Origin: Granulicella sp.
GTDB lineage: Bacteria > Acidobacteriota > Terriglobia > Terriglobales > Acidobacteriaceae
Length of the DNA: 64,000 bases
Assembly (NCBI GenBank): GCA_027339965.1
Contig: DAHWNL010000070.1
Span: 27,565 to 91,564 of the forward strand
Direction of reading: 5' to 3'
Under the pieces are notes generated by a model. The model ran no database searches, was not told the DNA's origin, and saw nothing but the letters and a program-made list of their open reading frames with translations. How positions within the stretch are numbered: position 1 is the stretch's first letter; each line of letters starts with the position of its first letter. Below are positions 57,837 to 64,000 of this stretch, piece after piece. Made by a program: the position numbers and the translations under genes.

Positions 57837-59133
57837 GAGCTCGTTGAAAATCGGCGGATCGCGGCGGATTTTCTGGTGATTTTGTTGTTTGCCGGGTCGG
57901 AATCTGTTTGAACCGCTGTTTTGGGCGGTATTTATCGGGTGTTTTGGGCTTCGGGAATCATCCCCGAGGCCCAAAGCCGAAGTTCAGGCACACTGCCGCC
58001 TGAGTCTTGCTTGAGCTTGGGCGATCAGCTTTGGCAAACGAAGCAGGTTGTGCGCGGCGCAACTGAAGACAAACAGCCAGTCCACCTTCTCGATCCCTCG
58101 CAGTTTGACCTGGCGCAGCGGGCCGGTTTCCTTCAGCCATCCAAAGCCCTTCTCCACCAGCCATCGCCGGCTCAGGCTGACGGCATAGCCGGGCTGGCGA
58201 GTCGTTCGGCGATCCAGATTACTCTTGCGTCCTTTATCGTTCCTAGTCACGTGCGGCGTCACGTTCAACTCCCGCGCCGTGCGCACAAAATCCTTGGTGT
58301 CGTAGGCCTTGTCGGCGCCCACGGTAATGCGGCGCGAGCGGTTCTGCTGCTTCTGTTGAAGCATCAACAACGCGGCATCGCGCTCGGCGTATCCATCCGC
58401 GCGCGTTACCATCGCCGCGGCGATCAACCCGTTCCGGTTCTCCACCAGCGCATGACCCAGATAGCTCAACCGAGACTCCTTGCCGTAGCTCTTCTTATAT
58501 AACCGCGCATCCGTTTCGGTGGTGGACTCATGCGTCTTGTTACTCCGCTTCTGGCCATGGAAATTCGTGCCGTCGCCATCGTCGGATCCGTCCTTCGAAC
58601 GGAAGCTCTTCTGCGAGGCCCACGCCTGAATCAGCGTCCCGTCCACCGTGAAATGCTCATCCGACATGAACCGCCTGGCCTGCCGGTTCACTTCGGCAAA
58701 GAACTGCTGCGCCACATCGGAAGTCAGCAGACGGTCGCGGTTCTTCGAGGACACCGCATGGTTCCACATCGCATCGTCCATGCCCAGGCCGACAAACCAG
58801 CGAAACAAAAGGTTGTAGTCGATCTGCTCCACCAGCAACCGCTCCGAGCGAACCGAGTAAAACACCTGCAACAACAGCGCCCGCAGAATGTACTCCGGCG
58901 CAATCGAAGGCCGACCCGAATCCGCATACAGCACATCGAACTCCGGGCTTAAAGTCCGCAACACCGCGTCCGTCAGCTTGCGAACCGCGCGCAGCGGATG
59001 ATCCTGTGGCACCCGCTGCTCCAATGAAACATAGCTGAACATCCCGTCCTGATCCCGCTCGTCTCCACGCATGCCTGTTAGACGATCTAACCCCCTCCCC
59101 GCGACCACGCAAGGTGCCTATTTCAACAAGTTC
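57837..59133 (-). mobile_element. IS5-family insertion sequence, apparently intact
   Basis: Terminal IRs GAGCTCGTTGAAA / TTTCAACAAGTTC (11 of 13 match); CTAG target duplication at 57833-57836 and 59134-59137. Confidence 0.9.
57984..59072 (-). CDS. IS5-family DDE transposase
   Basis: MFSYVSLEQRVPQDHPLR, GRPSIAPE, FTVDGTLI, GADKAYD, RWLVEKGFGWLK. Confidence 0.92.
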   Translation of the reverse strand: MRGDERDQDGMFSYVSLEQRVPQDHPLRAVRKLTDAVLRTLSPEFDVLYADSGRPSIAPEYILRALLLQVFYSVRSERLLVEQIDYNLLFRWFVGLGMDDAMWNHAVSSKNRDRLLTSDVAQQFFAEVNRQARRFMSDEHFTVDGTLIQAWASQKSFRSKDGSDDGDGTNFHGQKRSNKTHESTTETDARLYKKSYGKESRLSYLGHALVENRNGLIAAAMVTRADGYAERDAALLMLQQKQQNRSRRITVGADKAYDTKDFVRTARELNVTPHVTRNDKGRKSNLDRRTTRQPGYAVSLSRRWLVEKGFGWLKETGPLRQVKLRGIEKVDWLFVFSCAAHNLLRLPKLIAQAQARLRRQCA

Positions 59134-59963
59134 CTAGGCCGCATCACCGATCGGGTGAGTAACTGGTCATAGATGGTCATCACCGGGAGCGGCCGTTGGT
59201 AGCGGGCCAGTGCGCCGATCTCGATACCTGCGATCACAGGCGGCTGAGCTATTCTGTAGTGCGCAAGTCATGGATCGCGGCACAATCATGATAGCCAATC
59301 GACAGCGACTGCTCGACGGCAACTCGCAATGGGTCCGAGCCATGGCCGGTGCCAAGGTTGAGCAGATCGATCATCTGTAGTGTGCCTTCGGATCGGCCAT
59401 GCCGCCGGTTCAACGCCTGCCACGATTGATCGAAGCATGCCGGCCAATTGCCCCGCCCACTGCATCCGGCTTCTTACGCAGCCCATCCAAATGGCGCTTC
59501 CAATCGAGGATCTTCAGCTGTGGCCTTTATCAGCGTTTATGCCAAGCAACACGCTTGCCTCCGTGACACAGCTCGACTACAGCGGCATGAACTCTGGCTT
59601 CTACCTTGGCGCCCTGTAGCAACGGAAACTGAGTAGCGGTTGGTTCGCACCAGCACGCAAGGCAGGCTATATTGACAGTGGCTAAGTTGATCTCAGGCAG
59701 CTCAAACGGCTGAGCAGTCAGTGGCGACAGGTGCGGCTGCTCGTTCAGCGTCGCCTAAGGTCTATGTCCGCCCGCTCAGAATGCGTCGCCGGTTTCGGTT
59801 CGAGCAACGTTGCAAATATACCTTCAGTTCATCGAGGTTGGTCGCTGCCGGAACCAGCACCTAGTAGTCGTGGCGGAGGTATCCGCCTTCGCCTTCGGAA
59901 ACGCTCTTTTCCCCCGCCCCTTGACAATCCAAAAATACCATACAGGAATGGTGCCCTGCGTGT

Positions 59964-61433
59964 TTATCCACTGAAGTGATAGGGTCCGCCCGCGTACTTG
60001 GCAGGGCGGGACGCAGCGCCTGCTGGCGTTGTCGTGCTAGCTGGACTCTGCTTGAGCCGGGCATATGCCTGCACGATTTTCTCAGGAAAAGTAGGGATCA
60101 TATCCTCCACCTTCTGCTGCATCTGCGTCACAATCTCCGGATGGAGGCTAGCCACGTCGTAGCTTTCGCCCGGATCTTCCTCCAGATCATAAAGCTCTGG
60201 CCTTTCCAACAGCAGGTTGTCTCCTGGAGGGCCTCCAAGCACATAAGTCTCGTGGGTGTACTGTGCCAGGCGCATTTTCCACTTGCCCTGGCGGGCACAC
60301 TGCAGATCCGAGCCACCACGCATGCCCGCAAAGTAAAGAATCGGATCAAGGCGTTCAGGTATCTGCCCGCCAGCGAGCGCCGCGGAAATGTCAACACCGT
60401 CGATCGGCTTGGTCGGTAACTTGGCCGCGCAGATCGAGGCCACGGTTGGAAGCACGTCGAGGTTCGAGGTCCACTCGTGGCTGACGTGGCCGGCAGGCAG
60501 CGTGCCCTTCCAGTACGCAACAAACGGGACACGGAAGCCCCCCTCATACGTTGTGCCCTTGCGGCCGCGATGCACCCCGGGACTGCCTTGGAACCATGGG
60601 CCATGATCACCGGTAAAAATTACCAGGGTATTCTCCTCTAGATTGTTCTGCTCCAGCGTGCTCAGAACTTGGCCTACGCTCCAGTCAATCTCCTCCACCG
60701 CATCGCCATAGACGCCGTTCGGCGATTTACCCTTAAAGCGCGGTGACGCGTCAATGGGGATGTGCGGATAAGAAAAAGCCATATAGAGAAAGAAGGGCTG
60801 CGTTGAACTTGACTCGATAAAGTGGACGGCTGCCTCGGTATAGCGAGGAGTCAGCATGGATCGGTCGGTATGCTCTTCAATGATTCTGTCACCCTCGATC
60901 ATGGGTAGGGGCCGCATGTCAACACTGTAAGGCACACCGAAGTAGGAATTGAATCCGCGGCGCGTGGGCAAATACTGCGGTGCGCTACCCAGGTGCCACT
61001 TGCCAACGCACATCGTTCGGTAATCACATGCATGCAGCAGGTTCGCAAGAGTCTGCTCGTCCAGTGCTAGCCCGTCCGTATCCTGGGGAAAATACACCGG
61101 CTTGGCGCCGCTGCGCGTAGCGTAGCGGCCGGTGAGTAGCGCGGCGCGCGAAGCCGAGCAGATCGGATGCCCAGCATCGAAGCAGGTCAGGCGTACACCC
61201 TCACCGGCCATGCGATCCAGATTTGGGGTACGCAGATTGGAACCGTAGCAGCCAAGGTCTGCCCAACCGATATCGTCGCAGATCATCACCACCACATTGG
61301 GTCTTCGGCCCGCCAGATTGGCGTGTGCGGTCACCGCCCTTCCCTCTTTACGCTGTGGTTCAGCGTATAACGCCATCTGCCCAAGGGATGCCCCCAAAGA
61401 TATAACAAAATTGCGTCTGCTCAATTCGCTCAT
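59964..61433 (-). CDS. Tat-exported arylsulfatase A-like sulfatase
   Basis: SRRNFV; PNVVVMICDDIG; CSASRAALLTGR (CxAxR); GKWHLG; PHIP; TGDHG; YEGGFRVP. Confidence 0.92.
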   Translation of the reverse strand: MSELSRRNFVISLGASLGQMALYAEPQRKEGRAVTAHANLAGRRPNVVVMICDDIGWADLGCYGSNLRTPNLDRMAGEGVRLTCFDAGHPICSASRAALLTGRYATRSGAKPVYFPQDTDGLALDEQTLANLLHACDYRTMCVGKWHLGSAPQYLPTRRGFNSYFGVPYSVDMRPLPMIEGDRIIEEHTDRSMLTPRYTEAAVHFIESSSTQPFFLYMAFSYPHIPIDASPRFKGKSPNGVYGDAVEEIDWSVGQVLSTLEQNNLEENTLVIFTGDHGPWFQGSPGVHRGRKGTTYEGGFRVPFVAYWKGTLPAGHVSHEWTSNLDVLPTVASICAAKLPTKPIDGVDISAALAGGQIPERLDPILYFAGMRGGSDLQCARQGKWKMRLAQYTHETYVLGGPPGDNLLLERPELYDLEEDPGESYDVASLHPEIVTQMQQKVEDMIPTFPEKIVQAYARLKQSPASTTTPAGAASRPAKYAGGPYHFSG

Positions 61434-61531
61434 TGAAACTCTCCTGCAGCAATAGAGAAGATTAGCACATTCCTGTGTGAGCTTGGCCCCGGAAAACGTA
61501 CTCCTTAGCAGAGTGATTAAACTGCGAAGGG

Positions 61532-61858
61532 ATGACGAAGATGGGGAAGATAGCGCGGAGGGCCTACACGCTTGAGTTCAAGCAGGAGGAGGTGCGTCTG
61601 GTGGAGTCGAGCCAGCGCGTTTCAGAGGCTGCGCGCTCGTTGGGCGTAGTCGAGCAGACATTGGCAAACTGGATGAAGGCCCATCGTGCCGGCAAGCTGC
61701 GCGGCTCCGGGCGGAACGGCGAGTTGAGCGCGGAGCAGATGGAGATCCGGCGCTTGCGCGCGGAGTTGGCGCGGGTGACGATGGAGCGCGACATCCTGGG
61801 AAAAGCCACGGCGTTCTTTGCAAAGGGTCAGAAGTGGGGTTCGCCTTTCCTTTATTGA
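61532..61858 (+). CDS. IS3 transposase OrfA (HTH)
   Basis: RRAYTLEFKQE, AARSLGV, EIRRLRAEL...ERDILGKATAFFA. Confidence 0.85.
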   Translation: MTKMGKIARRAYTLEFKQEEVRLVESSQRVSEAARSLGVVEQTLANWMKAHRAGKLRGSGRNGELSAEQMEIRRLRAELARVTMERDILGKATAFFAKGQKWGSPFLY

Positions 61859-62732
61859 TCAGCATCGTTTTGTCTGGCCGGTCTGTGTGCAGTGCCGCGT
61901 GCTCGGCGTCAGCACCACGGGCGATCACCGACATCGATTGCGGCGGGCGCAGATTGTGCGACGGCGTCACATGACGGATGAGGCGCTGCTGGTGCACATC
62001 CGCGCGGAGCATGCCGAGACGCGCGGCGCTTATGGCTGGCCGCGCATCTGGCGCGAGCTTGGCAGCCGAGGCCTGCGCGTGGGCAAGCAACGGGTGCAGC
62101 GGCTGATGCAGGCGCATGGCATTCGTGCCCGCGGCAAGCGGCGCTTTCGCGTGGCCACCACGGACAGTCGCCACGGTCTGCCCGTGGCGCCGAACCGGCT
62201 CGATCGCAACTTCTCGCCGCCGCGCCCGAACACGGCCTGGGCCCGCGATATCACCTGCATCGCAACCGACGAAGGCTGGCTGTTTCTGGCCGTGGTCATC
62301 GATCTGTTCAGCCGTCGCGTGGTGGGCTGGAGCCTGCAGCCGCACATGGAACGCAGCCTGGTCATCGACGCACTGGAGATGGCCTGGCAGCAGCGTCGGC
62401 CTAAGCGTGGCGAGCTGCTGTTTCATAGCGACCGTGGCAGTCTGTATGCCAGTCAGGACTTCGCGCAGCTGCTCTACCAGCCCGGGATCACGCCGTCGAT
62501 GAGTCGCAAGGGCAACTGCTGGGATAACGCCTGCTCGGAGACATTGTTCGGTTCCCTGAAGGTGGAGTGGCTCGACGGGCAGCGCTTCGCCACCATCCGC
62601 GAAGCGAAAGATGCGGTGCTTGCCTGGCTGCGCTGGTACGACCGCCGCCGTACGCACTCCACGCTTGATTACCCCAGCCCAGCCGACTATGAACGGAACT
62701 GGATCCAACAAAAACAGCAGGCCGCCGCATGA
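61818..62732 (+). CDS. IS3 transposase OrfB (DDE)
   Basis: YGWPRI, WARDIT, DLFSRRVVGW, FHSDRGS, GNCWDNACSE. Junction with orfA looks altered. Confidence 0.85.
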   Translation: MQRVRSGVRLSFIDQHRFVWPVCVQCRVLGVSTTGDHRHRLRRAQIVRRRHMTDEALLVHIRAEHAETRGAYGWPRIWRELGSRGLRVGKQRVQRLMQAHGIRARGKRRFRVATTDSRHGLPVAPNRLDRNFSPPRPNTAWARDITCIATDEGWLFLAVVIDLFSRRVVGWSLQPHMERSLVIDALEMAWQQRRPKRGELLFHSDRGSLYASQDFAQLLYQPGITPSMSRKGNCWDNACSETLFGSLKVEWLDGQRFATIREAKDAVLAWLRWYDRRRTHSTLDYPSPADYERNWIQQKQQAAA

Positions 62733-63039
62733 GTTCCGCGGCCACCGAGGCCACGACGACTACGACGAGATGAGGTAACCCCGTAAAACCAACCCGCTAA
62801 GGTGTACGCGTTCTGAGGGTAGGGTCAGACAGATAGTAGAATGATGCGTAGCGCGCTCTTCGAACGTGTGAGTGTCTGTTAGCCGAACCACAGGCTCAAA
62901 GCGCATCATGGGGGAGTGAGAAGAGCCGCTCAAAATCTGAGAACTTGTCACACTTTCCTGCACGCTCCTAACTTTTCTGCTTCTCCGATAATCGAGGACA
63001 TCGTAATGAGCGTTTTATGATCAGTGGCTTGAAAGTATG

Positions 63040-63128
63040 GCCCGGATGGCGAAATCGGCAGACGCAGCGGACTTAAAATCCGCAGGAGCTTACCCTCCGT
63101 GGGGGGTCAAGTCCCCCTCCGGGCACCA
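63040..63128 (+). tRNA. tRNA-Leu(TAA)
   Basis: GCCCGGA/TCCGGGC acceptor; GCGGA-CT-TAA-AA-TCCGC anticodon arm; long variable arm; CCA; atypical G at T-loop position 54. Confidence 0.92.
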
Positions 63129-63189
63129 CAGATAAATCAATAATTTACTTCGGTTTTCCCCGCCTGTCCTCAGGCCGCATTTTGACGCG

Positions 63190-63228
63190 GTGATACTAAA
63201 AGTGATACTTTGGCCTCGCAGTGGTACT
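63190..63228. promoter_or_regulatory. Putative integrase arm-type binding repeats (att region)
   Basis: GTGATACT-AAAA-GTGATACT...GTGGTACT between the tRNA 3' end and the integrase start. Confidence 0.5.
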
Positions 63229-63239
63229 GGGAGGGCAAT

Positions 63240-64000
63240 TTGGCGCGCAAGGAAGAGGTGAAGGTCCGGGGCGTTTGGGAACGTGAACCTGGTTCGGGCG
63301 TTTGGTGGATTCGCTATCGTGACACCGATGGGAAGTTGCACCGCGAGAAAGTGGGACGAAAGAGTGATGCAGAAGCCCTTCTCAACAAAAGGCGGAACGA
63401 GCGTCGTGTTGGCAAGAAGATGCCGGAGAATATTCGTACTTCCCCTATCAAATTCGCCGAACTTGCCGACTACATTACGGATGATTATTCGAAGACACAT
63501 CATTCAGACTCGCGCAACGTCACGCAGCGCCTTGGAAGGCTGAAGGAGTACTTCGGCGATTTCCCAGCTGAGACTATCAAGCCCGCAGAGATTGACAACT
63601 GGCTTTCGAAGAACACGAAAACAGGTAGCACCGCGAACCGTTATCGGGCGGCGATGAGTCTCGCGTACCGTGAAGGTATTCGTAACGGCAAATTGACGAA
63701 CAATCCTGTTCGGCTGGTCAAACAGCGGAAAGAGGGTGGCAATGTCATTCGCTTTTTGCGCGAACACGAGGAGGTTGCGCTTCGTGCAGTCATCGCAGAG
63801 AAGTATTCAGACAAGATGTGTGAGTTGGACATTTCTCTTGGAACAGGAATGCGGCTTTCCGAGCAATATGGAAGCCGGTTACGCTGGCAAAATGTTGACT
63901 TTCAACGTCGAGAGGTGGACCTCTCGAAGACTAAGAATTACACGGCTAGGATTATCCCCATGAACGCCTCGGTATTTGCAGCCTTCGAAGCGCGCAAAGC
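63240..64000 (+). CDS. Tyrosine recombinase/integrase (partial, runs off the window)
   Basis: Not in the ORF track because it has no stop in the window. Manual translation: MARKEEVKVRGVWEREPGSGVWWIRYRD (arm-binding domain)...TANRYRAAMS...NNPV...LGTGMRLSE (catalytic Arg)...KTKN. Confidence 0.9.
   Translation, partial: MARKEEVKVRGVWEREPGSGVWWIRYRDTDGKLHREKVGRKSDAEALLNKRRNERRVGKKMPENIRTSPIKFAELADYITDDYSKTHHSDSRNVTQRLGRLKEYFGDFPAETIKPAEIDNWLSKNTKTGSTANRYRAAMSLAYREGIRNGKLTNNPVRLVKQRKEGGNVIRFLREHEEVALRAVIAEKYSDKMCELDISLGTGMRLSEQYGSRLRWQNVDFQRREVDLSKTKNYTARIIPMNASVFAAFEARK

Larger units (their letters stand above)
61478..62827 (+). mobile_element. IS3-family insertion sequence
   Basis: TG...CA ends with imperfect 30-bp IRs (21 of 30 match); orfA plus orfB; no target duplication visible. 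Confidence 0.88.

Noticed and set aside
59480..59660. Possible TonB-dependent receptor fragment
   Set aside because: Only a vague resemblance across an in-frame stop; not supportable without a search.
1..64000. Further copies of the 37-39 bp hairpin element
   Set aside because: Other AAGACC/GGTCTT occurrences inspected by eye lacked the flanking stem and GGGGACCC; a computational scan could still find diverged copies.

Overview
GC-rich bacterial chromosome segment. Gene content and protein styles point to Acidobacteriota, probably Acidobacteriaceae (inference). 1-51.8 kb is mostly core genome: M28 peptidase, mscL, fused moaD-moaE, an Hfq-like gene coupled to suhB, ferredoxin, recO-glyQ-glyS, a long LptC/LptA-like protein with lptB-rpoN-hpf-rapZ-msbA-like-gmk-rpoZ-udg, tRNA-Ala and tRNA-Lys flanking a PIN pseudogene, an ArsR-led six-gene Ehr (hydrogenase-4-like but NiFe-less) operon, envelope genes, lysA, yebC, a PagL-like gene, a glutamate formimidoyltransferase, an ECF/anti-sigma pair and a lytic transglycosylase. 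51.8-62.8 kb is an accessory island with three Tat-exported enzymes (two sulfatases and a GH120-like protein) among IS256, IS110, IS5 and IS3 elements and remnants. It is followed by tRNA-Leu(TAA) and a tyrosine integrase that runs off the right edge. The most striking observation is two related 37-39 bp hairpin elements with covarying stems, each flanked by its own 4-bp target duplication, inserted independently into one IS256 transposase and frameshifting it. They are candidates for a family of minimal mobile elements. Protein calls come from motif recognition by eye; no searches were run.
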